From the NCBI GenBank assembly GCA_963422735.1, contig OY730476.1, forward strand, positions 832,001 through 896,000: a stretch of DNA of 64,000 bases, read 5' to 3'. Under the pieces are notes generated by a model. That model worked only from the letters and a program-made list of their open reading frames with translations. It made no database searches and was not told where the DNA came from. The position numbers and the translations under genes were made by a program. The stretch is from Candidatus Latescibacterota bacterium (GTDB lineage: Bacteria > Latescibacterota > UBA2968 > UBA8231). Every line of letters starts with the position of its first letter. Positions within the stretch are counted from its first letter, which is position 1. Below, piece by piece: positions 18,092 through 28,392 of the stretch.

Positions 18092-18896
18092 CGGCCGCGG
18101 GCAACCGGTCAAAGACTTCTCGATCGACCGGCACCATCTCGTAGTTTTTGCCTCCGGTCTCCACCACCATAGCCTCGTGCTCGGGCCGACCGATGAGCGT
18201 GGGGTTTAGGTTCAGCCACCACGGAGCGTAGCGCACGATGAGGGCGACGCGATCGCTTTCACTCCGGTTGGGGGCCACAGCGTGCCAGAGCCGGCTGTCG
18301 TACACCAAGACGCTGCCGGCCGCCCCTTCGATTTGGCACTCAGTCGGATAGGGCGCATCCTTTTCCATTCCGGGCATATCCCCAGCCGCGGGATTGCGCG
18401 GCCAACGATGACTGCCCGGCACCACGAAGGTCCCCCCCGTCTCAGCGGTAAACGGCGTCAGCATCCAGAGGGTTGAAAGGTGCAGAACCGCATCTGGATA
18501 AGGGGCGGGGATGTGCGAGGCGTTGGTTGCGTTGTAAGGCCAGTCAGCGTGCCAATAGCCCCGTGCATTACCTCGGTGATTGACCACGCAGTCGGTACAG
18601 GAAATCCGCGCCCAAGCCCCGAAAAAAGACTCGACCACATCTAGAAGCCGGCGGTCGGCCAAATGCGGAGCAAAGGATTGCACCTGATTGATGACTTGTC
18701 TGAGCTGGGCTACGCCCGGGTTGCCAATCCGGTGACCACGGCGGCGAATTGCAGCCAACTTGGCTTCGGAACGACGGCGATTGCGCTCGACTGCGGCCGC
18801 CAACTCGGCGCATATTTCCCCGATCGCAGCCGCGGGAATCACTTGCTCGATAACGCAAAAGCCGTCTCGCTCAATGCGCTGTTGATAGATATCCAC
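18027..18896 (-). CDS. Phytanoyl-CoA dioxygenase (PhyH) family protein
   Basis: WHAD, GGTFVVPGSH, GSVLVYDSRLWH...N.S..DR. Confidence 0.9.
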   Translation of the reverse strand: MDIYQQRIERDGFCVIEQVIPAAAIGEICAELAAAVERNRRRSEAKLAAIRRRGHRIGNPGVAQLRQVINQVQSFAPHLADRRLLDVVESFFGAWARISCTDCVVNHRGNARGYWHADWPYNATNASHIPAPYPDAVLHLSTLWMLTPFTAETGGTFVVPGSHRWPRNPAAGDMPGMEKDAPYPTECQIEGAAGSVLVYDSRLWHAVAPNRSESDRVALIVRYAPWWLNLNPTLIGRPEHEAMVVETGGKNYEMVPVDREVFDRLPAAVKPLYRHWVAQSARPDEVRGH

Positions 18897-18897
18897 T

Positions 18898-19797
18898 TCA
18901 TCCCCGCAAGAGCGGCGCGACGCCGGACCAAATGATTTCCAACTCGGTCAGCGCGTCGCCGTCGAGGACGGGCACGGGTGCCCGGCAGACCGCCGAGCGG
19001 ATCAACCCGCGCTTTTGCAAAATCCACTTGTAGATCGCAAGCCCGTAGAGCCGCTCGTAGTTCAAAAGCGGCAGGAGCTGATAAAAGCGCACCCGCGCCG
19101 TCGCCTCGTCGCCTGCTTCGAGGGCATCCCAAATCGCCGCCATGGCGTCGGTCACGTGACAGCCCGGCATATTGCCGCAAGCACCGCGCCGATATTCGTC
19201 GAGCAAATAGACCCCCCCTTTGCCACCCAATACGCCCTTGCAGGCCGCGCCCGCCAGCACCAGCGTGCGGCTGACCTGCCAAGGCTCGGGGACGGTCTCT
19301 TCCTTGATGTAATCGACACCCGCCAGCTCGCGACACATCCGCCCCAACAGCTCGCCGCTCATGGGCGTACCGACCGGCGCGTCGAAATTCTGCACGCAGA
19401 TTGGGATCTCGACTGCGTCTGCCAACTGCTGGTAAAAGGCGTAGCAGCCTTCTTGGTCAACGCGCAATACGTGCGGCGGCATGGACATGATCCCGTCGGC
19501 CCCCACAGCTTGGGCAAACTGAGCGAGGGCCACGGCTGGCACGGCATGGCCTGAGGTGACTGAGGCCACTACGGGTACTCGGCCAGCGGCCGCGGCGACG
19601 ACGATCTCGATCCAGCGGCGGCGTTCCTCGTCGGAAAGGGTCGAAAATTCGCTGGCATTGGCCGGCCCCACCAAGCCCGTGGCACCCGCTTCAATACTGA
19701 AGGCGACCAAGTCCTGCAAGGCCGCTTCATCCAGCGAGTAGCTATCGGTAAAGGGGGTCACTACAATCGGCATAATTCCGCGCCACGTTTCAGTCAT
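18898..19797 (-). CDS. Dihydrodipicolinate synthase/NAL family aldolase
   Basis: GIMPIVVTPF, NASEF..LSDEERR, YIKEE catalytic Lys. Confidence 0.88.
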   Translation of the reverse strand: MTETWRGIMPIVVTPFTDSYSLDEAALQDLVAFSIEAGATGLVGPANASEFSTLSDEERRRWIEIVVAAAAGRVPVVASVTSGHAVPAVALAQFAQAVGADGIMSMPPHVLRVDQEGCYAFYQQLADAVEIPICVQNFDAPVGTPMSGELLGRMCRELAGVDYIKEETVPEPWQVSRTLVLAGAACKGVLGGKGGVYLLDEYRRGACGNMPGCHVTDAMAAIWDALEAGDEATARVRFYQLLPLLNYERLYGLAIYKWILQKRGLIRSAVCRAPVPVLDGDALTELEIIWSGVAPLLRG

Positions 19798-20449
19798 GGC
19801 TATCTCCTTTTAGGCCCAGCAAAGCGGCCACTGCAAAAAGCCCATCCACCACAGCGCATTCCCCCTGTTCCAACCGACGCCGACTCTGGTGACCGGAAGG
19901 TAACAGGACGCAATGGACACCGAGCGCAGCGGCTACCTCAATGTCGTGTAGGGTATCGCCGACGAGCAAGACTTCGTCGCTTCGGCAGTTGAGGTCCGCA
20001 AGGTGCTGATGGCCGCGCTCGATTTTCCCCTCTCCCAAGCCATTGTCCACCCCGGCGACTGCGGCAAAGTGGGACCGCAACCCGTAGTGGGCGACCATTT
20101 CTTCGAGGGACACCTGGTCGTAGGCCGATAAGAGGGATTGTCCGACCCCGTTGCGGCTCAGTGCGACCAGCACTTCGCACACTCCCTCGCGCAAACGGCA
20201 CTCGCGGCGGCGCTGGCTGTAGCGGACGTTGAACTCGCCGCCCATGGCCGCAAAGTCCTCGCGCTCTAGGTCAAAACCTACGCGCTGGTAGTAGGTGTGC
20301 AGGGGAAAATCGAAGACCTCACTGTACTCGCGCAGATTGGTCGGCGCGAGCCCTCGGCGCACCAACAACTCGTTGACGATCTCGACGCACAGCCAAGCAT
20401 CGTCCACCAAGGTGCCGTTCCAGTCCCAAATTACGTGGTGCGGCTTCAT
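19790..20449 (-). CDS. HAD family hydrolase (phosphoglycolate phosphatase-like)
   Basis: WDWNGTLVDD, LSA, K, VGDTLHD. Confidence 0.9.
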   Translation of the reverse strand: MKPHHVIWDWNGTLVDDAWLCVEIVNELLVRRGLAPTNLREYSEVFDFPLHTYYQRVGFDLEREDFAAMGGEFNVRYSQRRRECRLREGVCEVLVALSRNGVGQSLLSAYDQVSLEEMVAHYGLRSHFAAVAGVDNGLGEGKIERGHQHLADLNCRSDEVLLVGDTLHDIEVAAALGVHCVLLPSGHQSRRRLEQGECAVVDGLFAVAALLGLKGDSHD

Positions 20450-20466
20450 AAATAGCGTTCGTAAAC

Positions 20467-21210
20467 TTACTCTTTGTAGGCGACTACGCGCAGACGCCAG
20501 TAGTCGGCACACCAGACTCCATCGCCGTACAATGCCGGGCGGACAGCGTCCTCCACTGCGGCCAACAACTCTTCGCGCATCGACGGGGAAATGCCCTCTG
20601 TAAGCGCATCGGCGAACATCTCCATCCAGCCGCGCAACCCGTTCTCTCCCTCTAGGGGCGTTGGACGCGGAAAGTGGCTAGCATAGGCAACGCGCAGCCC
20701 GGCTTGCTCCACGAGCCGCACGTACTCCCCCAAACTGGGAAAATACCAAGGCATTTGCGGATAAAGACCCCGCGCGGCCAATTGGTCGATCAGCCCCCGG
20801 CTGATGATTGCCACGTTCCGCGCACCGCCCAGTTCGGCGACAAAACGCCCGCCCTGCCCTAGACAGGCGGCAATACACACAAGTGCCTCTTCCGGCGGCT
20901 TGACCCAGTGCAGGGCTGCGTTGGAAAAGACTGCATCGAACGGCTCGGTAAAGGAAAAATCCCTCGCATCGCCGACGACAAAAGACAGGTCCGGGAACTG
21001 CTCGCGGGCGGCCTCGACCATCTCAGCCGACAAGTCGATGCCAACAACCTCAGTCCCGGCCGCAGCAATCTGAGCACTCAGTTGACCGGTGCCGCATCCC
21101 AAGTCGAGGACGCGTTCCCCGGCTTGGGGGGCCAAGACCTCCACCAAGTCGGCACCTGCGGCAGTGACATAGTGGTGTTTGGCTTGGTAGCGCTTGGGGT
21201 GCTGGAACAT
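20467..21210 (-). CDS. Class I SAM-dependent methyltransferase (Tam-like)
   Basis: VLDLGCGTG, FDAVFSNAALHW, ADYWRLR. Confidence 0.9.
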   Translation of the reverse strand: MFQHPKRYQAKHHYVTAAGADLVEVLAPQAGERVLDLGCGTGQLSAQIAAAGTEVVGIDLSAEMVEAAREQFPDLSFVVGDARDFSFTEPFDAVFSNAALHWVKPPEEALVCIAACLGQGGRFVAELGGARNVAIISRGLIDQLAARGLYPQMPWYFPSLGEYVRLVEQAGLRVAYASHFPRPTPLEGENGLRGWMEMFADALTEGISPSMREELLAAVEDAVRPALYGDGVWCADYWRLRVVAYKE

Positions 21211-21211
21211 A

Positions 21212-22201
21212 TTAGCCCAAGAGGTCGGCGATAACTGCGCGCTCCTCCTTGAGCTCGTCTTCGGTGGCCTTTATCTTCGCCCGAGCGAAGTCGCTCAGTT
21301 CCAAGCCCTGCACGATATCCCAGTGGCCTTGGCCGTTGCTGAGAATGGGAAAGGAGAACAGCAACCCCTCTTCAATCCCATAGCTGCCGTCCGAATAGAC
21401 ACCAGCCGAGAAAAAGTCGCCTATAGGCGTGGCACTCTCAACACTGACGATGTGGTCGAGCGCGGCATTGGCAGCCGACGCGGCCGATGACAAGCCGCGG
21501 GCGTCGATGACGGCCGCACCCCGCTGCTGGACGATTTGGATGAAGTCCTCGCGCAGCCAAGCGTGGTGGCCTATGACGTCGGATGCCGGACGCCCCTCAA
21601 TGTGCGCGTTCTCGGCATCCGGGTACTGCGTGGCACTGTGGTTGCCCCAGATGGCCATATTGGTCACCGCCGCGACCTTGACACCGGCCTTGTTGGCGAG
21701 CTGGGCTTGGGCGCGGTTTTGATCCAGCCGGGTCATGGCGTGGAAGCGGTCGCGGGGAATGCCGGCCTTATGGCCGTGGCTCATGGCAATCAAGCCATTG
21801 GTATTGGCCGGATTGCCCACCACCAAGACCCGCACATCGGCGGCGGCCCGGGCGAGAGCCTGACCTTGACCGACGAATATCGGGCCGTTTTCACGAATTA
21901 AATCGCCCCGCTCCATACCGGGACCGCGCGGCTTCGAGCCAATCAGCAGCCCCCAATTGATCCCGTCAAAGGCCACTTCAGCTTGGTCGGTGATCACGAT
22001 ATCGTCGAGAAGCGGAAAGGCGCAGTCGTCGAGCTCCATAACCACGCCTTCGAGGGCTTTGAGTGCCGGAGTAATCTCCAGCAAGTGCAGCGAAACCCGG
22101 ACGTCGCGGCCGAAAACCTCGCCCGAGGCTAAACGCGGCAATATAGCGTAGCCGATCTGGCCAGCGGCCCCAGTGACAGCTACTTTCACAGTGCGTACCA
22201 T
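21212..22201 (-). CDS. mdh: Malate dehydrogenase
   Basis: [46 protein letters not shown]. Confidence 0.96.
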   Translation of the reverse strand: MVRTVKVAVTGAAGQIGYAILPRLASGEVFGRDVRVSLHLLEITPALKALEGVVMELDDCAFPLLDDIVITDQAEVAFDGINWGLLIGSKPRGPGMERGDLIRENGPIFVGQGQALARAAADVRVLVVGNPANTNGLIAMSHGHKAGIPRDRFHAMTRLDQNRAQAQLANKAGVKVAAVTNMAIWGNHSATQYPDAENAHIEGRPASDVIGHHAWLREDFIQIVQQRGAAVIDARGLSSAASAANAALDHIVSVESATPIGDFFSAGVYSDGSYGIEEGLLFSFPILSNGQGHWDIVQGLELSDFARAKIKATEDELKEERAVIADLLG

Positions 22202-22362
22202 GTATTCCTCCTAAAGGCAGTGTCGTGTTTATAACAGAGAAAATCTGCCAAAAAAATTCGCTTTGTGCAATGCAAGGCCCAGCCATTGACCCCACCTTGG
22301 CCCGCTGGTTATTCTACGGCTTCGCTTCCAACACACTGCCTACGGGCGAAAGGACAGCCATT

Positions 22363-23523
22363 ATGAGCGGCTACTTCGATCTCATCATCCAAGGGGGGCA
22401 CCTGATCGACCCTAAAAACGACCTCGACGGCCCAGCCGATATTGCCATCAAGGACGGACTAGTCTCTGCGGTTGCCGACCGAATCGAGTGCAGCTCAGCA
22501 AAGGTTATCGACGTGTCCGGCCTCTATGTAACCCCGGGCTTGATCGATATCCACGTCCACGTCTATGGGGGGTATCGAGGCTGGCTCTTTCCCGACCAGC
22601 ACGCCCTGCCCTACGGCGTGACCACCGTAGTAGATACAGGAGGTGCTGGATGGAAGGATTTTGCCGACTTCAAGCACTCCATCATTGACCCCGCTCAGAC
22701 CCGCGTCTTGGCCTTTGTCAATATCGTCGGTGCCGGCATGATCGGCCCTCCCGAACAAGACATCAGCGAGATGGACCCCGTGCTCTGCGCCGCGGCGGTC
22801 GAGCAATACCGCGAGCACGTCGTCGGCACCAAGTCGGCCCACTTCGGCGGCCCGGGTTGGGAGTCGGCTGGTGGAGCGATCGAGGCGGCTCGACAGAGCG
22901 GTTCCATAGCCATGATTGACTTTGCCCCCCAGCCCACTCGCTCGTACGAGGAATTACTCGAACGCATGAGTCGAGGGGACATCCACACGCACCTCTACGC
23001 CGCCCATATCCCCCTGCTCGACGCCGACAAAAAAGTCGCAGACTACGTGCGCCAAGCCCGACAGCGCGGCATCGTCTTTGACACAGGCCACGGCAGCGGC
23101 TCCTTCTGGTTTCGCATTGCCGTGCCCGCCATGGCCCAAAACTTCCCCCCGGATACCATCAGCACGGACCTACACAAGGCCAGTCGCATGCTGCCCAACG
23201 CCACTATGCCCATAACTATGTCCAAATTCCTGAACCTCGGCATGTCCCTCCAAGAGGTTGTCTATCGCTCGACGCACATACCGGCCGAGGTAATCAGGTG
23301 CCCACAGCTAGGACACCTCAGTGTCGGGGCCGAAGCCGACCTAGCGGCTTTCGCACTGCACGAAGGAGATTTTGCCTTCGTCGATTCGGGCCGGGCGCGC
23401 CTGCGGGGCCGACAAAAACTCGAATGCGAGCTAACGCTGAGAGCAGGCCAAGTCGTCTGGGACCTAAACGGCCGTAGCCTAGCGGATTGGGACAAGGCCG
23501 GCGAATACCGCCACCTCGCTTGA
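22363..23523 (+). CDS. Metal-dependent amidohydrolase/deacetylase (dihydroorotase-like)
   Basis: PGLIDIHVH, GVTTVVD.G, DIHTH, DTGHGSGSF, ISTDLH. Confidence 0.88.
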   Translation: MSGYFDLIIQGGHLIDPKNDLDGPADIAIKDGLVSAVADRIECSSAKVIDVSGLYVTPGLIDIHVHVYGGYRGWLFPDQHALPYGVTTVVDTGGAGWKDFADFKHSIIDPAQTRVLAFVNIVGAGMIGPPEQDISEMDPVLCAAAVEQYREHVVGTKSAHFGGPGWESAGGAIEAARQSGSIAMIDFAPQPTRSYEELLERMSRGDIHTHLYAAHIPLLDADKKVADYVRQARQRGIVFDTGHGSGSFWFRIAVPAMAQNFPPDTISTDLHKASRMLPNATMPITMSKFLNLGMSLQEVVYRSTHIPAEVIRCPQLGHLSVGAEADLAAFALHEGDFAFVDSGRARLRGRQKLECELTLRAGQVVWDLNGRSLADWDKAGEYRHLA

Positions 23524-23557
23524 GACATGGCTGCCTGCAAATGCCCTTGCAAACGAC

Positions 23558-23586
23558 TTGACGCGGCACTGCTCCTTATGTATAAT
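23558..23586 (+). promoter_or_regulatory. Near-consensus sigma70 promoter for the sigma factor gene
   Basis: TTGACG-17 nt-TATAAT. Confidence 0.7.
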
Positions 23587-23685
23587 CAATTAGTTTCGCT
23601 TATAACTATGCTACGCTTACCATTTGCACCGAGAGATTTCGGTGCTGTGGTGTGGGGATAAGACCTGCAAAGGATGAGATGCTCT

Positions 23686-24534
23686 ATGCAGAATCTGCAC
23701 GATGAGGAAAACACCCTGCGGCTCTATTTCGACGATATTGCTGAGTCCACGCCCCTTTCGAGAGAACGCGAAGTAGAACTGGCTGATCGCATCAAAAATG
23801 GCGATATGCATGCCCGCGAAGAAATGATCAGCGCCAATTTGAGATTTGTCGTCGATGTTGCCAAGAAGTACCAAAACCGCGGATTATCTCTGTCCGACCT
23901 GATTAGTGCCGGCAATCTCGGCCTCATCACGGCGGCCGACCGCTTCGACGGCACCAAGGGCTACAAGTTCATTTCATACGCAGTTTGGTGGATTCGCCAG
24001 TCCATTCTCCAAACCCTCGCCGAGCACGTGCGCACCGTGCGCCTTCCTCTCAACAAAGTCAGTTTGCTCAAAGATATTTCCAAAGCCTCGCGCAAACTGG
24101 GCCAACATCGCGCCAGTGAGCCTGACATAGAGGAAATCGCCGCTGAACTAGAAGTCCCAGCCGAAGAGGTTCTAGAGACCATCCTCAGTGCCCGCGCCGT
24201 GTGTTCACTCGACGAGTCCTTCACTGACGACGACGAGCGCAGCCTGCTCAACACCTTGGCCGACAACACGGCCGCTGCCCCGGACGCCCACATCTTGAGC
24301 GAATCGGCACGGGAGCAGCTCGAGACGGCCTTGGAAACCCTCGAAGAGCGCGAATTGCGCATTATCAGGCTCTATTTTGGTCTCGACGGCAACGAGGCTC
24401 TGACACTTGAGGAAATCGGCGACATGATGAACCTCACGCGCGAGCGTATCCGCCAGCTCAAAGAGCGGGCGCTCAGCAAGCTGCGCCATCCTTCGCGGCA
24501 CCAAGTGCTTAAAACGCTGGCTAGCGGCACCTGA
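23686..24534 (+). CDS. RNA polymerase sigma factor, RpoD/SigA family lacking region 1.1
   Basis: NLRFVVDVAKKY, GYKFISYAVWWIRQ, RTVRLP, TLEEIG..MNLTRERIRQL..RALSKLR. Confidence 0.93.
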   Translation: MQNLHDEENTLRLYFDDIAESTPLSREREVELADRIKNGDMHAREEMISANLRFVVDVAKKYQNRGLSLSDLISAGNLGLITAADRFDGTKGYKFISYAVWWIRQSILQTLAEHVRTVRLPLNKVSLLKDISKASRKLGQHRASEPDIEEIAAELEVPAEEVLETILSARAVCSLDESFTDDDERSLLNTLADNTAAAPDAHILSESAREQLETALETLEERELRIIRLYFGLDGNEALTLEEIGDMMNLTRERIRQLKERALSKLRHPSRHQVLKTLASGT

Positions 24535-24542
24535 AATTTGCC

Positions 24543-24628
24543 GGGGGGATACCGAAGTGGTCAAACGGGGCAGACTGTAAATCTGTTGGCTTATGCCTTC
24601 GCAGGTTCAAATCCTGCTCCCCCCACCA
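24543..24628 (+). tRNA. tRNA-Tyr(GTA)
   Basis: GGGGGGA/TCCCCCC acceptor stem, anticodon loop CTGTAAA, long variable arm, GTTCAAATC, encoded CCA. Confidence 0.96.
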
Positions 24629-24631
24629 CTG

Positions 24632-24667
24632 AAAAGGCCGTTCCTTTTAGGAACGGCCTTTTATTTT
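24632..24667. terminator. Bidirectional intrinsic terminator between tRNA-Tyr and hemW
   Basis: AAAAGGCCGTTCCT-TTT-AGGAACGGCCTTTT perfect inverted repeat. Confidence 0.85.
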
Positions 24668-24672
24668 ACGTT

Positions 24673-25806
24673 CTATTGTCCCTCTTCCACGACCCGGTTT
24701 AGCTCCAAGCTCAGGACGTCAGCCAGCAAAAACCCCGCCCGAGTCAAACGCAATCTCTGGCCTTCGAGCACGGCGTATCCAACTTCCGCCAAGTCGGCAA
24801 AACGCTTGCTGCTCTGCACGCGACCGACCTCCTCCTCAGTCAATTCAATCCCCTCTGTGGTACGCAAACCCAGCCATAGACGTTCCCTGCGGGCCGCGTC
24901 TGGGGCTATGGTCTCCTCCCCTACACAGGGCGACCGACCTTGGTCCATAGCGTCGAGATAGGCATTGAGATCACGTGTATTCCAAAATCGCTTCCCACCG
25001 ATGAAGCTATGGGCCCCGAGCCCAATACCTAAGTAAGGAACACCCGTCCAGTAGCCCCAGTTGTGGCGCGAGCGGTACCCAAGACGGGCATAATTTGAAA
25101 TCTCGTAGTGTTCATAGCCAGCCGCCACCAACCGAGCGTCGGTCCATTCCAAGGTGCGAGCCTGCCTGTCGTTCTCGACGGGTTCCAGCAGGCCCTGACG
25201 CTGTCGTTGGGCGAAGATCGTACCTTCTTCAATGGTGAGGCTATAGACAGAAAGGTGCTCTGGAGCCAAAGCGATAGCCCGCTCGACGCTAAAGTGCCAA
25301 TTGGCCTCTGAGACTCTAGGTACATTGGCCACCAAATCCAAGCTCACATTGGCAAAGCCGGCCGCTCTAGCCGCTACATACGCCCTTTCGACATCAACTG
25401 CGCTATGCTGCCGGCCTAAGTGCCGCAAATCGGCATCTCGAAAAGCCTGCGCGCCAATGCTTATGCGGTTGCACCCCAGAGCCTTGAGCATTGCAAATTT
25501 ATCGCGGTCAACGGTTTTAGGGTTGACTTCAACCGCAATTTCCGCGTCCGGGTGTAGCCCCAAATGCCGCTGAGCTGCCTCGAGCATCTGCCCAATTAGC
25601 GCCGGCTCGACTTGGCTGGGGGTGCCCCCGCCAAAGAACACAGTCTCCACCGGCCCCGACAAATGAGCCCAAGACTCAATCTCGCGGCATATCGCCCCAG
25701 CATATAGGCCGTGGCGATCCTCCTGGCCAACGACCGTAGCAAAGGCGCAGTAGGGGCAGCGTTGGGGGCAAAACGGTACGTGGATATAGAAGCCCAACGC
25801 CATCAT
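24673..25806 (-). CDS. hemW: Radical SAM heme chaperone HemW
   Basis: YIHVPFCPQRCPYCAF, FGGGTPS, YEISNYA, HNWGYW; downstream of lepA. Confidence 0.88.
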   Translation of the reverse strand: MMALGFYIHVPFCPQRCPYCAFATVVGQEDRHGLYAGAICREIESWAHLSGPVETVFFGGGTPSQVEPALIGQMLEAAQRHLGLHPDAEIAVEVNPKTVDRDKFAMLKALGCNRISIGAQAFRDADLRHLGRQHSAVDVERAYVAARAAGFANVSLDLVANVPRVSEANWHFSVERAIALAPEHLSVYSLTIEEGTIFAQRQRQGLLEPVENDRQARTLEWTDARLVAAGYEHYEISNYARLGYRSRHNWGYWTGVPYLGIGLGAHSFIGGKRFWNTRDLNAYLDAMDQGRSPCVGEETIAPDAARRERLWLGLRTTEGIELTEEEVGRVQSSKRFADLAEVGYAVLEGQRLRLTRAGFLLADVLSLELNRVVEEGQ

Positions 25807-25862
25807 TTACTTTTTCGGGATTAGGGAACGCAGGACCGGTGAGTACGCCTCTTGCTCATAAA

Positions 25863-27659
25863 TCAGGCTTCCATCTTGAGCGCGGCCAAAAACGCTTCTT
25901 GGGGAATTTCTACCTTCCCAAACTGCTTCATGCGCTTCTTGCCTTCCTTCTGCCTTTCGAGCAATTTGCGTTTGCGGGTCACATCGCCGCCGTAGCACTT
26001 GGCCGTCACATTTTTGCGGAACGGCTTGACCACTTCGCGGGCGATCACCTTACTCCCCACCGCACCTTGGATTACCACCTCAAACATCTGCCGCGGGATC
26101 AACTCCTTGAGCTTAGCGCATAGCTGCCGGCCCCATTCATAGGCCTTGTCGCGATGGATGATCACGGAAAGCGCGTCCAGTGGCTCGCCATTGATCCTGA
26201 TGTCTAGCCTAGACAGTAGACCGGCCCGCATCTCCAGATGCTCGTAATCGAATGACGCATAGCCCCGCGATACCGACTTGAGGCGATCATAGAAGTCGAT
26301 CACCACTTCGGCCAAAGGCATCTCAAAGCTCAGGATAGCTCGGCTACCGTCGAGATACTCGGTATTGCGGTAGTTCCCGCGCCGGTCAGTGCAGATTCTC
26401 ATCACTGCGCCGATATAATCCCTCGGCACCAAGATCTGGACGGCGAGAATCGGCTCGCGCACTTCGTCGATCTCAGCGGCAGGCGGCAACAAAGAGGGAT
26501 TATCCACGTCGATCAGTTGTCCGTCCTTGGTTAAAATCTCGTAGAGCACATTGGGGAGGGTCGTGATAATTTCGACTTGGTACTCGCGGTCGAGGCGCTC
26601 CTGTACGATCTCCATGTGCAGCAGGCCTAGGAAGCCACAGCGAAAACCAAAACCCAACGCTGGGGAGGTCTCCGGCTCATAGGAGAACGCGGCGTCGTTG
26701 AGCTTGAGCCGCTCTAAGGCGTCGCGTAGTACCTCATAGTCCTCCGGGACAAGGGGATAAAGGCCGCTGAAAACCATGGGTTTGAGCGGTTGGTACCCAG
26801 GCAACGGCTCTACTTCCGCCGCTGCTTCAACGACCGTGTCACCGACGTGAGCCTCGGCCAGCTCTTTGATCCCAGCGATGAAATAGCCGACTTCACCGGT
26901 CTCAAGTGCTTGAGCCGGTACCCGGTTTAAGACCAAGTGGCCAACCTCTTCGACTTCGTAGAGCCGTCCGGTGGAGTAGAAGCGAATTTTCTGCCCCTTG
27001 TGGATGCGCCCATCAACGACTCGGATAAAGCAGATTACACCTCGGTACTGGTCGTAGAGCGAGTCAAAAACCAAGCCCCGCAACGGCCCCTGCTGACGCC
27101 CGGTCGGCGGTGGTATGCGGTCGACAATGGCTTCCATCACCTCTTCGACCCCAATCCCCTCCTTGGCACTGATTTGCAAAATATCCTCGGCTTCACCCCC
27201 TAGCAGGTCGAGCACCTGTTGCTGCACCGCTGCGACCTGAGCAGCGGGCATGTCGATTTTGTTGAGCACCGGGACGACGATCAAGTCGCTGTTTAGCGCC
27301 AACAACAAATTACTTACGGTCTGGGCTTCCACGCCCTGTGTGGCATCGACTACCAATATCGCCCCTTCGCAGGCGGCCAAACTACGCGACACCTCATAGG
27401 TAAAATCCACGTGTCCCGGCGTGTCGATCAAGTTGAATTGGCAGATTCTACCGTCGGTCGCTTGGTAGTGCATTCGCACGGCATGGGCCTTGATTGTAAT
27501 GCCCCGCTCGCGCTCTAAATCCATGTTGTCGAGTACCTGCTCCTGCATCTGCTTGGCTGTCAGGGTCGCAGTTTTTTCAAGTAGGCGATCCGCCAGCGTT
27601 GATTTGCCGTGATCAATGTGGGCAATGATGGAGAAATTGCGAATCTGCGTGATACCCAT
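25863..27659 (-). CDS. lepA: Translation elongation factor 4
   Basis: IRNFSIIAHIDHGKSTLADR, DTPGHVDF, GFRCGFLGLLH, KCYGGDVTRKRKLL. Confidence 0.98.
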   Translation of the reverse strand: MGITQIRNFSIIAHIDHGKSTLADRLLEKTATLTAKQMQEQVLDNMDLERERGITIKAHAVRMHYQATDGRICQFNLIDTPGHVDFTYEVSRSLAACEGAILVVDATQGVEAQTVSNLLLALNSDLIVVPVLNKIDMPAAQVAAVQQQVLDLLGGEAEDILQISAKEGIGVEEVMEAIVDRIPPPTGRQQGPLRGLVFDSLYDQYRGVICFIRVVDGRIHKGQKIRFYSTGRLYEVEEVGHLVLNRVPAQALETGEVGYFIAGIKELAEAHVGDTVVEAAAEVEPLPGYQPLKPMVFSGLYPLVPEDYEVLRDALERLKLNDAAFSYEPETSPALGFGFRCGFLGLLHMEIVQERLDREYQVEIITTLPNVLYEILTKDGQLIDVDNPSLLPPAAEIDEVREPILAVQILVPRDYIGAVMRICTDRRGNYRNTEYLDGSRAILSFEMPLAEVVIDFYDRLKSVSRGYASFDYEHLEMRAGLLSRLDIRINGEPLDALSVIIHRDKAYEWGRQLCAKLKELIPRQMFEVVIQGAVGSKVIAREVVKPFRKNVTAKCYGGDVTRKRKLLERQKEGKKRMKQFGKVEIPQEAFLAALKMEA

Positions 27660-27706
27660 ACAGTTGAGTTAGTCGGTAAGGTTAGTGAGAAGGACTCGGC
27701 AAGCAG

Positions 27707-28330
27707 TCAGGATATGCGCTGGCGATATAGGCTCTCGTCTACCACGCTAGCCATTTGCCGCACATCTAAAGAAAGGGCGAGAAAGGTCTTGATCTCGTGG
27801 CTTGTGGCAAGCGGGTCGCGCAAAACAGCGGCGTAGTTGACATAGAGCACTTCCATCTGCTGGTGTTCCGCCAACCACTGCTGCATTGCGCTCAAGTGCC
27901 GACCGAAGGCGGCGGCCATTTCGGCGTCGGAAACTCGATCGCAGGGCTGTCCTCGCCGCGCTAACATCGCCCGCTGCGAAGCCAAAATCTCGTCCATTTT
28001 CCGGAGAGCGAATACGATTTTGTACCGCTTGTGGAGCGGCAATTGGTCGAGCAATTGGGATATGACCTTGACGGCTTTACCCCTCGCCGATTCAAGCCAT
28101 GCAGTGTCTTTTTCTAGCTTCTTGACCTTCTCGAATTCGTAATACCCTCCGGGATTGTCGGCGTCGGCCCCGCGGAGGCCGTCTGTTAGGGGTGGCAATC
28201 CGCCCGCAGCCAACATCTTCATCAGCATCGAGGTGCCAGACCGGGGGAGACCGGACACAATAGTTATATACTCGCCCGGCCTATGTGGAAGGGAAGCGGG
28301 ATGGGAATGCAAAGCGGAGAAAACCGACAC
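27707..28330 (-). CDS. Sulfotransferase family protein
   Basis: IVSGLPRSGTSMLM 5'-PSB loop, DNPGGYYE, EILASQ; start uncertain. Confidence 0.85.
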   Translation of the reverse strand: MSVFSALHSHPASLPHRPGEYITIVSGLPRSGTSMLMKMLAAGGLPPLTDGLRGADADNPGGYYEFEKVKKLEKDTAWLESARGKAVKVISQLLDQLPLHKRYKIVFALRKMDEILASQRAMLARRGQPCDRVSDAEMAAAFGRHLSAMQQWLAEHQQMEVLYVNYAAVLRDPLATSHEIKTFLALSLDVRQMASVVDESLYRQRIS

Positions 28331-28365
28331 ACGCTTCCAAAGCCTAGCTCCGGAAGCGTGTGTCG
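28325..28365 (-). terminator. 14-bp stem hairpin after the autotransporter gene (putative terminator)
   Basis: CGACACACGCTTCC-13 nt-GGAAGCGTGTGTCG, followed on the minus strand by GTTTTCT. Confidence 0.55.
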
Positions 28366-28392
28366 TATCCTATACTGCATGTATGGAATTAA

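Noticed and set aside
24543-24670. tRNA-Tyr (and tRNA-fMet) as integration sites of an island
   Set aside because: No integrase and no duplicated tRNA 3' end seen in the window.
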